Source: an uncultured Flavobacteriales bacterium
Lineage (GTDB): Bacteria > Bacteroidota > Bacteroidia > Flavobacteriales_F > PHOS-HE28
Length of the DNA stretch: 64,000 nt
Assembly: GCA_963706125.1 (NCBI GenBank)
Contig: CAVPLQ010000004.1
Location: 841,056 to 905,055 of the forward strand
Direction: 5' to 3'
Position 1 is the first letter of the stretch. Each line of letters opens with the position of its first letter. The position numbers were made by a program, and so were the translations under genes. The notes beneath the pieces are model-generated. The model saw only the letters and a program-made list of their open reading frames with translations. It did not search any database and had not been told where the DNA came from. Below are positions 46,813 through 56,417 of the stretch, piece after piece.

Positions 46813-47310
46813 CTATCGAACCGGCAGCAGCTTCGCCTTCTCCTCGTCCGAGTACACCGAGGAAGTACGGGCATGGGTCCGGATCATCTTTTTCAATCCG
46901 GCATCCTTCTCGGCCGTGAAATGTGCGAGAATAAAGTCCTTGTCCTGTTGAAGGTCACCCTTGTACAACAGGAAGCCGGGGGCGTTTTCTTGGACGGTCA
47001 TGCGCAGGAAACGGACCTCCATGCTCTCCGGGGCGGCTTCGGCGGCCTTGGCCATCAGGTCCTTGCCCTCATTGAAAAGCTTCAATTTGCCGCTGATCCC
47101 GTTGGCAAATTGGGCAGCTATCATCATCGCAGCGCCGCGATAGGCCTTTTGCATCGGCACGGAGGTATCCGCATCGGCCGTTAGCTGCATCAATTCCGTG
47201 GATGCCCGCTCGTCCGTATGGGCCATGGGATAAAGCTCCCGTTCGGCCGCGAGGTCCTGCGCCAGCACCATCACGGGGAACAGAAGTGCGATCAACCAAG
47301 CGGTCCTCAT
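46813..47310 (-). CDS. Hypothetical secreted protein (cluster-associated)
   Basis: Start ATG 47310 with signal peptide MRTAWLIALLFPVMVLAQ. 165 aa, helical-looking, no family recognised. The upstream part of the 248-aa ORF-track entry overlaps the preceding gene. Confidence 0.55.
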   Translation of the reverse strand: MRTAWLIALLFPVMVLAQDLAAERELYPMAHTDERASTELMQLTADADTSVPMQKAYRGAAMMIAAQFANGISGKLKLFNEGKDLMAKAAEAAPESMEVRFLRMTVQENAPGFLLYKGDLQQDKDFILAHFTAEKDAGLKKMIRTHARTSSVYSDEEKAKLLPVR

Positions 47311-47327
47311 GGCAGCTTCAATTTGTG

Positions 47328-47693
47328 CTATGCACTCTGGAATTCCGCGCTCAGCTTCACTGCCAGCGTATCCTTGAAGTGGACCTTGGCCGTCACTTTC
47401 ACTCCTTGATCCGTGGGTGTTTGCGTGAGATCGAAGTCGAGGTCCGGGTCCACCCTGGGGTCGATCAGGGCCATGAACTTGATGTTGGACGCTTTGGTGA
47501 GCCGGAGCGGTCGCCCCAAGTGCTGCTCCAGCAACTCCTGCACGACCTGCAAGGAGCAAACCCCCGGCATCACGGGCTTGCCGGGAAAGTGGCCTTTGAA
47601 CACGGCGTGGTGTTCATCCAAGTGGACGGAAGCGGTGATCCGGTCGCCTTCCTGCGCGGTCCGTGTCACGGTGTAGAGTCCTTCGATCAGCAT
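47328..47693 (-). CDS. FabA/FabZ-like hotdog-fold 3-hydroxyacyl-ACP dehydratase
   Basis: 121 aa. HAVFKGHFPGKPVMPGVCSLQVVQEL matches the FabZ active-site block (HFPxxPxxPGV). Confidence 0.8.
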   Translation of the reverse strand: MLIEGLYTVTRTAQEGDRITASVHLDEHHAVFKGHFPGKPVMPGVCSLQVVQELLEQHLGRPLRLTKASNIKFMALIDPRVDPDLDFDLTQTPTDQGVKVTAKVHFKDTLAVKLSAEFQSA

Positions 47694-47701
47694 GCTTGGC
47701 T

Positions 47702-48322
47702 TCAGTTTGGGATCCTGTCCAGGTCGATGGTCAGAGGCCGTGTCAAGTGGGTGATGGTGATGTGTGAGGCGGCTTTTTCGGCACCATTGGTGAATTGCAG
47801 TTCCACGCGCTCCTTGCCATATCCCCTCCGCACGATGCGTTGCAGCACGTCGCCCTGCGGGGCAAAGAAAAGGTATCGGCGCCCTTCACCTTGCCGCGAC
47901 AGGAATACCTGTTCACTATCCGTTCCGAATGCTTTGTCCACGGGCACGTGCTCTTCCACCATCATTCCAAAGTCCGTGGCCAGCACGTGGATCAGCATGC
48001 GCTTGTCCAACTCCTTCATGGCAAAGTTCTTGATCGCCTTGCCCTGGCCTAGGGTAAGGTCCATAAATTTATTCCCCATCTCCCCCATCAGCACCACGCG
48101 GTGTTGCCGGTCATTGATCTTTTTCACCACCAACAAGCTGCCGAATTTGTGATCCCCGAACTGGATGTCCATCTTATACAGGTAGTCCACATCGGTGCGG
48201 CTGAAATACGGGTTGCGCACGGTCGCCACTGCGGGCCGCTGCTCCGTCATTCCCTTGGTGGTGGCGGGCGAACAGGCCTGGACCAGCAGCGCGGCAAGAA
48301 GGCTAATGAGCAAAAACCGCAT
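47702..48322 (-). CDS. Cluster-associated lipoprotein (possibly LolB/DUF3261-like)
   Basis: Lipobox MRFLLISLLAALLVQACSP. 206 aa, beta-rich. Its position next to the LolA-like gene mirrors aryl-polyene clusters. The family call is tentative. Confidence 0.5.
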   Translation of the reverse strand: MRFLLISLLAALLVQACSPATTKGMTEQRPAVATVRNPYFSRTDVDYLYKMDIQFGDHKFGSLLVVKKINDRQHRVVLMGEMGNKFMDLTLGQGKAIKNFAMKELDKRMLIHVLATDFGMMVEEHVPVDKAFGTDSEQVFLSRQGEGRRYLFFAPQGDVLQRIVRRGYGKERVELQFTNGAEKAASHITITHLTRPLTIDLDRIPN

Positions 48323-48932
48323 CGCCCAGGACGGGGTTTATCTTGAGGTTGCTGATGACGATGCGCGTATGGTCGTCGCCGGGCTCGATGATCTTCAGCT
48401 CCACGATCTTCCGATCTTTTTTCCCGAAGTTGAGCTCCAGTTGTTTGACGTATCCGGCCAGCACCTTGTCCTTCGGCTTCAGCACCACCACGTCGTATTT
48501 CACCCCGGAAAAAAGACCGACGTTGAACGCTGGGTCCTTGAACAGGTCGCCGCGCACGCTCTTGGTCATCATATCGTTGAGCTGGGCCAGCAACTTGTGG
48601 CTTCCGATATCCACCTCGCTTTTCCGGCCTGCGTCGTTCACCTTCATTTTGCCATCCTTGAAGATGATGATGTAGTCGTAGGGCTTGGTGTACGCCCACT
48701 TCACGGTGTTCGGGCTGCGGAAGGACATGGTGCCGGAAGACACGATGTCCTTGGTCAGCAGGTCCATGTGCTTGTACTGCGTGAAATCACTTTGCAGCGT
48801 TTGTGTGTCCGCGGTGCTCTTCAGAAGTTCCTGCTCGAACTGCTCGCCCTGGGCTTTCGACATGGGCGTGCCCTGCGCGAAAGCAGCCTGCACGAAGCAG
48901 CAGGCCATCAGGGTGATCAGAACGGTCCTCAT
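48303..48932 (-). CDS. LolA-like outer-membrane lipoprotein carrier family protein
   Basis: Start ATG 48932 (overlaps the upstream stop, ATGA) with signal peptide MRTVLITLMACCFVQAAFAQ. LQSDFTQYKHMDLLTKDIVSSGTMSFRSPNTVKWAYTKPYDYIIIF follows the LolA-family pattern. Confidence 0.75.
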   Translation of the reverse strand: MRTVLITLMACCFVQAAFAQGTPMSKAQGEQFEQELLKSTADTQTLQSDFTQYKHMDLLTKDIVSSGTMSFRSPNTVKWAYTKPYDYIIIFKDGKMKVNDAGRKSEVDIGSHKLLAQLNDMMTKSVRGDLFKDPAFNVGLFSGVKYDVVVLKPKDKVLAGYVKQLELNFGKKDRKIVELKIIEPGDDHTRIVISNLKINPVLGDAVFAH

Positions 48933-49693
48933 CCTCGGTTGGGTTTGATGCCCAATAGCTGGTCCACGGGTACGCCGGACATGTTGTTGGCGCGCATAAA
49001 ACTCAACAATCGTTCCAAGACCTCCACGCACTTTTCCCCGGTGTCGTGCAACAGGACCACTTCACCGCCTTTCAACCTGCGCACGACCCGCTTCCACACT
49101 TGGTCGGCACTGCGCCGCGTGGTGTCCAACGAGCGGATGCTCCAGCCCACGCACACCAGGTCCTGTGCCGCCACGGCCCTTGCGATCTGTGGGTTCGTCA
49201 CGCCGAACGGGGGGCGGAAGAGCCGCATCCTCAGCCCGGTCTGCTCCTGCACCGTCCGTTCGGTGTCCTGCAGCTCCTTGATCACCGCCCAGGTGGACTT
49301 GAATCCGAAGGCATTGCTGTGTGAAAAGCTATGGTTGCCCAAGGTGTGGCCTTGGCCGATGATGTCCTTCACGATGCCGGGATGCTCCTGCACCCGCTTG
49401 CCGATGCAGAAAAAAGTGGCCTTGGCGCCATGGTCCGCTAAGAGCTTCAGCACCTGCGGGGTGATCACCGGGTCCGGACCGTCATCGAAGGTGATCGCCA
49501 CCCGGTTATCGCGCTCCCGCGGCGAACGGAAAAGCACGGGAAGATGGTACTGCCATCGGAGCAGGGAAGAACCTGCCACGGCCACGACAGCCCAAGCCGC
49601 GACCAATAAGGTCCACGCCCACCATGGCGCTTTCAGCAGGAAGAACGCGATGGCCAGCACCGCGACCGAGAGGATCACGTAGCGGTGCTTCAT
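48929..49693 (-). CDS. Polysaccharide deacetylase (NodB-homology) family protein with N-terminal membrane anchor
   Basis: AITFDDGPDPVITPQVLKLLADHGAKATFFCIGKRVQEHPGIVKDIIGQGHTLGNHSFSH contains the NodB motifs (TFDDGP, H-x-x-x-H region). Confidence 0.85.
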   Translation of the reverse strand: MKHRYVILSVAVLAIAFFLLKAPWWAWTLLVAAWAVVAVAGSSLLRWQYHLPVLFRSPRERDNRVAITFDDGPDPVITPQVLKLLADHGAKATFFCIGKRVQEHPGIVKDIIGQGHTLGNHSFSHSNAFGFKSTWAVIKELQDTERTVQEQTGLRMRLFRPPFGVTNPQIARAVAAQDLVCVGWSIRSLDTTRRSADQVWKRVVRRLKGGEVVLLHDTGEKCVEVLERLLSFMRANNMSGVPVDQLLGIKPNRG

Positions 49694-49697
49694 CGGC

Positions 49698-50768
49698 TCA
49701 ACATTTCCGCAATAGGGTGAGGCTATGGTCCACGCCGCGGTACTGGTCGTACTGCAGGATGGTCCTGATCGTGCCGCTTGGCGGGTTCTTCAGCAGATAC
49801 GCTGCTGGCAAGGCACCACGTTCCAACACCCTTGCCGCCAGGTACATGGCGAAGGTCGGTGCGGTATGGAACTCGCCCGTACGATGCTTGTACGCGAGCT
49901 GCGTGTGCTGCTTGAAAAGCCCTTCGCCCAGTGTGTTGTAGTATCCGTCATGATCGCCGTCGCCATTGCGGCCCAGCACCACGGCGTCCACATCCCCGGG
50001 GCTTAGTCCGTTCGCGCGCAGAAAGCCCAGCACATGCTGCTCGATACCTTCCGCACCGGTCTTATGCCAGGCCTTCACAGCTAATAGTTCGGCATGCGTC
50101 GCAGGCCCCTTTACGGTACCCAGCACGAAGAAGCCGGCCCCTTCGCCGAAGAGGGTCCCGCTGGTGGTGGAGGCCAATAATCCCGCTGACGGCACGGGTT
50201 TTCCTTTGATGTGCCCGTTCCTGCGGTGCAGTTCGGTTGAGTGATCGCCCAGCTCGTCCACCCCGCCGATAAGCACGAGCTCCGCATCCCCATTGCGTAG
50301 TTGCATCACGGCATCGATCGCTGTGGAGGCGAAGGAGTTGCTGCCGTGTACATAGGTAAAGTTGTAGCCGGTGCAGGCGAGCATACGCGCCAAGTGGCCC
50401 GCCACGGAGTTGTGCGTGGATTGGATGAATGGTGTGGGCGTGAGGAACTGCTCGTCATTGTCCAGGATGGCCCGCAGGAATTTCTCCGAATCCCGGATGC
50501 ACCCCATGCCGGTGCCGGTGATCACCGCGTCCACCTGTTCTACACCCGCCTGCTCCATGGCCGCCTTCGTGGCCGCGATGCTCATCTTCATGCCGGTGGA
50601 AAGCCGCCGTGCCTCAGAGCCCGGAATGATCGTGCGGTAATCCGGGGCGATGGCATGCCAAGCATCCGCATCGTACAGCACGGGTTCGCTAAAGAGGCGT
50701 TCGGGGTGGTGCGTGCCCTGCGCCGTCACCGAGCCCATGCCGTTGATGTAGACCGGCTTCATCATCAC
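49698..50768 (-). CDS. Beta-ketoacyl synthase-like protein lacking the active-site cysteine (chain-length-factor-type partner)
   Basis: It has a thiolase-fold KS-like sequence. At the position aligned to the TACSSASNAI block of the adjacent KS it reads VHGSNSFASTAI, with no Cys. The start overlaps the upstream KS stop (ATGA). Confidence 0.75.
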   Translation of the reverse strand: MMMKPVYINGMGSVTAQGTHHPERLFSEPVLYDADAWHAIAPDYRTIIPGSEARRLSTGMKMSIAATKAAMEQAGVEQVDAVITGTGMGCIRDSEKFLRAILDNDEQFLTPTPFIQSTHNSVAGHLARMLACTGYNFTYVHGSNSFASTAIDAVMQLRNGDAELVLIGGVDELGDHSTELHRRNGHIKGKPVPSAGLLASTTSGTLFGEGAGFFVLGTVKGPATHAELLAVKAWHKTGAEGIEQHVLGFLRANGLSPGDVDAVVLGRNGDGDHDGYYNTLGEGLFKQHTQLAYKHRTGEFHTAPTFAMYLAARVLERGALPAAYLLKNPPSGTIRTILQYDQYRGVDHSLTLLRKC

Positions 50769-51964
50769 GCTTTCAGAAGGACCAGGGAGGAGCAGTTACC
50801 GCCGAAGCCCAATGAGTTACTGAGCACGCTTTTCAATGGCATCTCGGTCAACTTCGTGGTCGGCCGCAGGTCGAACTCGCTCATGCCGCCACTGAAATTC
50901 AGCGTGGGAAATACCACCCGGTGCTGCATGGCCAAAATGGAGAATACGGCTTCCACCGCCCCGGCAGCGGCCAAGGTGTGCCCCGTATAGGGCTTGGTGC
51001 TGGTGAACGGGGGCACACCTTCCCCGAAAACGCGCTTGAAAGCGCGGCCTTCGCTGAGGTCGTTGTTGGGCGTGGCGGTGCCGTGCGCGTTGATGTGGTC
51101 AATGTCCGAAGGGGAACGGCCGGCAGTGCGCAGGGCCTCCAACATGGCGGCGGTGGCACCGTCGCCGTTCTCCGAGGATGCGGTCTGGTGGTGGGCATCA
51201 TTGGCGTTGCCGTATCCCGCCACATAGGCGATCGGGGTGGCATTGCGGGCCTTCACACTGGCATCGGATTCCAGGACGAGGTATGCCGCGGCCTCGCCGA
51301 GGTTCAGTCCGTCGCGGTCCTCGCTGAAGGGCCTGTTCTGCGAGGCGGAGAGGATCATCAAGGTGTTGAAGCCGTTCAGCGTGAATTTCGAAAGGCAGTC
51401 CACGCCGCCCACGAGCACGCGGTCGAGCATGCCGGCCTTGATCATCCGCGCCCCCAGCATGATGGCGTTGGAGGCCGAGGAGCAAGCGGTGCTGATGGTG
51501 GTGACGAAGCCGTCGGTGATCCCGAGATGATCCGCGATCATCTGCCCGGTGTGCCCGGCATGCAGCGTGTCGATCGAGTCCAGATGGTCATCCGATGTGA
51601 GGTACTCGTAGAAGTACTTCTCGGTGACGTCCATGCCGCCCACCGTGGTGGCCGTTATCAAACCGAGGTCGTGGCGATCGACGCTTATCAGGCCCGCTTG
51701 GCGCAGTGCTTCCTCCGCGGCCACGCATCCCAGCAATGAGGTACGTGTGTGCGGTCCCTCGGAAGGGTGGCCCAGCAGATCGGCCAGTTCCTCATCGCTC
51801 AGCGCGATACCGCCCACTTGAACGGTCCCCGCCAAGTGCGTTCGCAACCGGATGATGGGCCCGATGCCCGGACGGCCTTCCCGCAATGCGGCGAGATTGC
51901 CGGGCACATCCGCACCGATGGCGGATATGATGCCCATTCCCGTGACCGCCACGCCCTTGGTCAT
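50765..51964 (-). CDS. Beta-ketoacyl-ACP synthase (KS, FabB/F-like)
   Basis: VAVTGMGIISAIG, active-site ISTACSSASNAIMLGARMIKAG, NAHGTATPNND and KPYTGHTLAAAGAVE give the Cys-His-His triad blocks. Confidence 0.88.
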   Translation of the reverse strand: MTKGVAVTGMGIISAIGADVPGNLAALREGRPGIGPIIRLRTHLAGTVQVGGIALSDEELADLLGHPSEGPHTRTSLLGCVAAEEALRQAGLISVDRHDLGLITATTVGGMDVTEKYFYEYLTSDDHLDSIDTLHAGHTGQMIADHLGITDGFVTTISTACSSASNAIMLGARMIKAGMLDRVLVGGVDCLSKFTLNGFNTLMILSASQNRPFSEDRDGLNLGEAAAYLVLESDASVKARNATPIAYVAGYGNANDAHHQTASSENGDGATAAMLEALRTAGRSPSDIDHINAHGTATPNNDLSEGRAFKRVFGEGVPPFTSTKPYTGHTLAAAGAVEAVFSILAMQHRVVFPTLNFSGGMSEFDLRPTTKLTEMPLKSVLSNSLGFGGNCSSLVLLKA

Positions 51965-51982
51965 CGCCAGTTGCTGAAAGCC

Positions 51983-52240
51983 CTACTTGGTGCGATGTTC
52001 CTCGATATAGGCCGCCATCACGTCCACCGATTCGAAAACCTTCCGGCCTTCCTTGGGATCGGTGAGACGGATGCCGTAATCCTTGTCCATCATCACGATC
52101 AGCTCCAGCGCGTCGATGGAGTCCAGGCCCACACCTTCCCCGAACAGCGGGGTGCTGTCCTCAAAATCCTCGATGGCCACATCCTCCAGGTTCAGTTGGG
52201 TGATGATCTTCTTCTTCAGTTCCTGTTTCAGTTCGCTCAT
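51983..52240 (-). CDS. Acyl carrier protein
   Basis: 85 aa. GEGVGLDSIDALELIVMM contains the DSL/DSI phosphopantetheine attachment motif. Confidence 0.88.
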   Translation of the reverse strand: MSELKQELKKKIITQLNLEDVAIEDFEDSTPLFGEGVGLDSIDALELIVMMDKDYGIRLTDPKEGRKVFESVDVMAAYIEEHRTK

Positions 52241-52857
52241 TGTTCCTTTTGTGTCTTCAGTAGTATCGCGTCGCGGGCCGTTCCGGGATCCGCCCGGTCC
52301 AGCAGGTATGCGAAGGATGTGTAATGATCGTCATTCTTTTCCACCCATGCGCAGAGCACCTGCCCAACGATGCCGCTTTGCAAAAGTGGGTCGGCATATC
52401 GGTTCATGGTCACCGGGTCGAATTCCTCAGCGATAAAGAAACAGCTTTCAGTGAAAAGCCGGTGTCGGATGCTGATCTCCCCCAGGCAGATGTTCGGCAA
52501 GGTATATACGAACACCGCCGGGCTGGGCCATTCATTCCCCGGGTCGTCGAGGCTCTGCTGGTGTTTTCTGTCGCTGTCCACACAGGAGCTGCGGTTTGCG
52601 AACACCAGCGCGGTCCCCGTGCTGAAGCTGCCGTCACGCTTCGCCTCGCCCAGGATGACCTCCGCGGTCAGGAAGGCCAGCTTGCTCAAGGGGTCCATCT
52701 TGTGGAACTTGGCATGGTCGATCCCCAAGGCTTTGTAGGTGCTGCGCATCACCTCGCGGAAGCTTGGCGCCGGGGCTTGATGGAGCAATTTCCCGTTCAA
52801 CATCACGCGCCCTTGGCGGATGCTGCACCAGCTCCGTATGCCGTGCTCACCCATCAT
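52237..52857 (-). CDS. Small KS N-terminal-like protein (3-oxoacyl-ACP synthase-like, partner subunit)
   Basis: 206 aa, between an ACP and a KS with overlapping stops and starts. Its composition and position match the short beta-ketoacyl-synthase-N-like proteins of aryl-polyene clusters. I did not identify a catalytic Cys motif. Confidence 0.5.
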   Translation of the reverse strand: MMGEHGIRSWCSIRQGRVMLNGKLLHQAPAPSFREVMRSTYKALGIDHAKFHKMDPLSKLAFLTAEVILGEAKRDGSFSTGTALVFANRSSCVDSDRKHQQSLDDPGNEWPSPAVFVYTLPNICLGEISIRHRLFTESCFFIAEEFDPVTMNRYADPLLQSGIVGQVLCAWVEKNDDHYTSFAYLLDRADPGTARDAILLKTQKEQ

Positions 52858-54002
52858 GCTTCGGGTCGTTCAAACACCACGGCCGTGTTGCATCCGCCGA
52901 AGCCGGAAGCGGTCTTGAGGAAGCGGCGCATCACCACGTCTTCGGACCGGGTGATCACGTTCAATGGTTGCGACACGCCGAGCTCGGCGAAACCGGCCGA
53001 GGCAATAGTGCGGCCCTGGTGCAGGCATTGCGCGGCGATCAATGTTTCCAAGAGGCCGGCCGCGCCTAAGCAATGGCCGAAATAGCCCTTCAGGCCGTGC
53101 ATGGGCACGTGCGAAAGGCCGCTCCGCTGGAAGGCGATGGATTCCATCTCGTCGTTGTAGAGCGTGGCAGTACCGTGGGCCGAGATCAGCTGGATGTCGT
53201 CCGGTGTTACATCGGCCTCTTTCATCGCGAGACTGATGCTGCGGAGGAGCCCTTCACCGGTGCGCGAAGGCCCGGAGATGTGGTTGGCGTCGTTGCAGGA
53301 TCCGGCGCCGACGATGCGCACATGGTCCTCCGAAAAAAGGGAGGGATCGCGAGTGACCAGCGCCGAGGCCACCGCTTCGCCGAGGTTGATGCCGCTGCGC
53401 CGGGCGCAGTAGGGCCGGCACGGTTCGGCACTGAGCGCCTGCAGGGCATTGAAGCCGGAGAGCACGAACTCGCTCAGCAGGTCGCCGGTAGTGACCAGCA
53501 CGTGATCATAAGTCCCGTTCTCGATAAAGCGCCGCGCAACGACCAACGAGAGCACGCCGGAGACGCAAGCATTGGAGAGTATCACGGGCGTGTTCGCGAT
53601 GCCGAAATGCGATGCCACCTGCTTGCCTAATTCCGCCAGTTCGGCCCGTTCAGCCGGGAACTCCGAGGCTTTGGCCAATGCGTCGATGTTGCCCTTGGTG
53701 GTGGCGACGATCAGGCCCGTGCGCCCCTCCAACCTTACTCCGGAACGCTGGATCACATCATGCAACGAGGCGATCATCATCTGTTCCAAGCGGGTCTTGC
53801 CGGGTCCACCTCCGGCAGCTTGATAGCGGTCCTGCAACAGGTCATCCTCGATCCGCGAAAAGCACAAGGGCATCCGGAGCCGCTGCCAACCGTCGTATTG
53901 CTGAAGGCCGGTGCGGCCCTCGCTCAACGCTTGGAACACCGAGCGGACATCCGCTCCCAATGCATTGATCGTGTTGGAGAAGGAAAGGCGGACATCAACC
54001 AT
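52854..54002 (-). CDS. Beta-ketoacyl-ACP synthase family protein
   Basis: Active-site block VILSNACVSGVLSLVVARRFIENG, plus SAHGTATLYNDE and LKGYFGHCLGAAGLLE (Cys-His-His). Confidence 0.85.
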   Translation of the reverse strand: MVDVRLSFSNTINALGADVRSVFQALSEGRTGLQQYDGWQRLRMPLCFSRIEDDLLQDRYQAAGGGPGKTRLEQMMIASLHDVIQRSGVRLEGRTGLIVATTKGNIDALAKASEFPAERAELAELGKQVASHFGIANTPVILSNACVSGVLSLVVARRFIENGTYDHVLVTTGDLLSEFVLSGFNALQALSAEPCRPYCARRSGINLGEAVASALVTRDPSLFSEDHVRIVGAGSCNDANHISGPSRTGEGLLRSISLAMKEADVTPDDIQLISAHGTATLYNDEMESIAFQRSGLSHVPMHGLKGYFGHCLGAAGLLETLIAAQCLHQGRTIASAGFAELGVSQPLNVITRSEDVVMRRFLKTASGFGGCNTAVVFERPEA

Positions 54003-54444
54003 TCAGCAAGCCCATCTTACGCTTCCAATCCAGGAACTTCTCAGGCGCGGTGAGGGCCAGGTCCCCGCCGGTGAACACGAAGACCTGCACGGACCGGCCG
54101 GTGCAGGCCAGCCTCCCTTGCGGGTCCCGGACCTCATATTCAAAGATCATCTTGGCGGCCAGGGAATCGCAGAACCACACGTTGACCGTAGCCACATCAC
54201 CGTACTTCAAGGGTAACTGGTGGTCGCACTCCATGCGGACGATCGGTGAGGCATAGCCCTGCTCCTGCTGGCTGAGATAGGAGATGCCGTGCTCCCGGCC
54301 GAAGGCCTCACGACCATCCTCGAAGTAACGGATGTAGTTGCCGTGCCACACGATGCCCAAGGGATCGCACTCGTCAAAGCGCACACGCACGGTGGTGCTG
54401 TGGGTGATGGCCGTGCGCGGCTCACTGAACGCTCTTCTTCGCAT
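53995..54444 (-). CDS. Acyl-CoA/acyl-ACP thioesterase, 4HBT (YbgC-like) hotdog family
   Basis: VRVRFDECDPLGIVWHGNYIRYFEDGREAF is the YbgC/4HBT N-terminal catalytic Asp block. 149 aa. Confidence 0.82.
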   Translation of the reverse strand: MRRRAFSEPRTAITHSTTVRVRFDECDPLGIVWHGNYIRYFEDGREAFGREHGISYLSQQEQGYASPIVRMECDHQLPLKYGDVATVNVWFCDSLAAKMIFEYEVRDPQGRLACTGRSVQVFVFTGGDLALTAPEKFLDWKRKMGLLNG

Positions 54445-55684
54445 ATTGGTGGACGGCGATGGCCGCCGTCACTGCAAAGAACAGCAACAAAGCCGAGAAC
54501 CAGAGCAAAAGGTCGGTGAGCGTGCCGTGGCGCAGCAGGACCTCATGGAATGCGGAGAGGCCCCAATTGAGCGGTGAGAACATGGACAGCTTCTGCATTA
54601 CGGGCGGCATGGCGAACACCGGCACCCAGATGCCGCCGATGGCGGAAAGGATCACAACGAGCGTGGCCCCGAAGGGCGCGGCCTGTTCGTGGCTCGTGGA
54701 CACCGCGCCGATCAACGCCCCCAGCCCGATCGCGGCCAGGCCGATCATCAGCGCCGTGAAATAGAGCAACGGCAGATACCCGGCCACGGCCAACCCGGGA
54801 AGGCCCAGATAAGGGAAAAGAAAAACGCCTAAGAGCAGGATGGACGTGAACTGGAGCAGGGCCACGCCCAAGTACACCACCACCTTGCTGAGCATGAAGA
54901 CCATAGTGGACGTTCCGGAAGCCTTCAGCCGGATGTAGGTGCGTTGTGCCTTCTCCTTCACCAGTCCGATGGAAAGGGGCACGATGAGGAAGAAAATGGC
55001 AAAGACCGTCCACGCCGGCACGTTGTGCTGGGTGGAATCGGGTTCCGGCCCGATCTCCTGTTTCACGGCCTGTTCTTCCAAGGGAATAAAGCCGTTCATC
55101 TCCACCGGGGCTGCGTCCGGCTTCACATCCATCTGCTCCTCCAAGCTGGTGATCAGCTCCTCTGTCTCCACCCGCAACATCACTTGTTGAAGACCCATTT
55201 TCACCGCAGCGCGGAAGGCGGGTTGCGTGGCCGGATCGAAGATCAAGAGCACCGGTTCAGCATTTCCCGGCAACGGTCCGGGCAACGTGTCGGTCGATAG
55301 CTCCATCCTTACCAGAAGCTTGTTCACCTGCGCCCGCACCAGGCCGTGCGTGTGCTTCGTGAGCTGTTCCGGGAGCAGGATGGCCAGCTGTGCCTTACCG
55401 GCGAGAACGACGGCTTTCGCGGAATCGGCATCGCCGACCACTTGGATGTTGAAACGCCCGGACCCGGTCAATGCGTCGCGCAGGTGCTGCGCCACCTTCC
55501 CATGGTCCCGGTCCACGAGCACCGCGTCCACCTGCACTTCGGTCATGGACTTGAAGGTGCCGTGCTGCACCATGCTGATGCAGATCACCAACAGCAAGGG
55601 CATGACGAAGAGGATGATCAACGCGCCCACGTCCCTGCGCAGCAGTAGGGCCTCCTTCACCAATGATGCCCGGAACTCACGCAT
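54422..55684 (-). CDS. ABC-2 type transporter permease
   Basis: 420 aa: N-terminal TM, large extracytoplasmic loop, then five C-terminal TMs (ABC-2/YhhJ-like architecture). The start overlaps the ATPase gene stop. Confidence 0.8.
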   Translation of the reverse strand: MREFRASLVKEALLLRRDVGALIILFVMPLLLVICISMVQHGTFKSMTEVQVDAVLVDRDHGKVAQHLRDALTGSGRFNIQVVGDADSAKAVVLAGKAQLAILLPEQLTKHTHGLVRAQVNKLLVRMELSTDTLPGPLPGNAEPVLLIFDPATQPAFRAAVKMGLQQVMLRVETEELITSLEEQMDVKPDAAPVEMNGFIPLEEQAVKQEIGPEPDSTQHNVPAWTVFAIFFLIVPLSIGLVKEKAQRTYIRLKASGTSTMVFMLSKVVVYLGVALLQFTSILLLGVFLFPYLGLPGLAVAGYLPLLYFTALMIGLAAIGLGALIGAVSTSHEQAAPFGATLVVILSAIGGIWVPVFAMPPVMQKLSMFSPLNWGLSAFHEVLLRHGTLTDLLLWFSALLLFFAVTAAIAVHQYAKKSVQ

Positions 55685-56417
55685 GCTCCTGGACGGCCTG
55701 TAAGTACACGTGTTCCAATGTGGTGGCCTGGGGCCGCGCCTTTATCAGCTCCGCGGGACTTCCTTGGCACACCATGCGCCCCCGGTTCAAAATGGCGACC
55801 TGGGTGCAGAGCTGCTGAGCCTCCTCCATCAGGTGGGAGGTGTAGAAGATGGTCATCCCTTCCGCGTTCAGGTCCTTGAGCAGCGCCACGATGCGGTTGC
55901 GCGAATCCACGTCCACGCCTACGGTGGGCTCGTCGAGAAAGAGCAGCTGAGGCCGATGGAGGATCCCGGCGATCAGGTTCACCATGCGCTTCATCCCGCC
56001 TGAAAGCATGCTGACTTTTTTCTTCGCATGGCCACCAAGGCCCATTCGCTCCAGCAGTTTCGGCAGGTCGTTTTGCAACGCGACGCCTTCCACGCCGTTC
56101 ATCTTGGCGAAGAATTTCAGGTTCTCCTTGGCCGTGAGGCTCGGATAGAGCGCGATCTCCTGCGGAACGATACCCACCTTGCCGTGCAGCGCGCGCGTGC
56201 CGGAGGTCTGGTCGGCGCCAAGGATGGAATAGGTCCCCGAAGTGGGCTGCAACAGACCGGTAAGAATGGAGATCAACGTGGTCTTGCCGGCGCCGTTGGG
56301 CCCCAGCAGTCCGAAGAACTCGCCGGCTCCCACGTGCAGGTCCAGGTCCTGAAGCGCGGCCTGCTCGGCCCCGGTGTACCGCTTGTTCAGCGCCTGTGTG
56401 GAGATCAGCTGGTTCAC
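55677..56417 (-). CDS. ABC transporter ATP-binding protein
   Basis: The proposed GTG start at 56417 overlaps the upstream stop (GTGA). Walker A GLLGPNGAGKTT, signature LSGGMKRM, Walker B LLFLDEPTVGVD. The upstream part of the 357-aa ORF-track entry is read-through. Confidence 0.88.
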   Translation of the reverse strand: MNQLISTQALNKRYTGAEQAALQDLDLHVGAGEFFGLLGPNGAGKTTLISILTGLLQPTSGTYSILGADQTSGTRALHGKVGIVPQEIALYPSLTAKENLKFFAKMNGVEGVALQNDLPKLLERMGLGGHAKKKVSMLSGGMKRMVNLIAGILHRPQLLFLDEPTVGVDVDSRNRIVALLKDLNAEGMTIFYTSHLMEEAQQLCTQVAILNRGRMVCQGSPAELIKARPQATTLEHVYLQAVQEHA

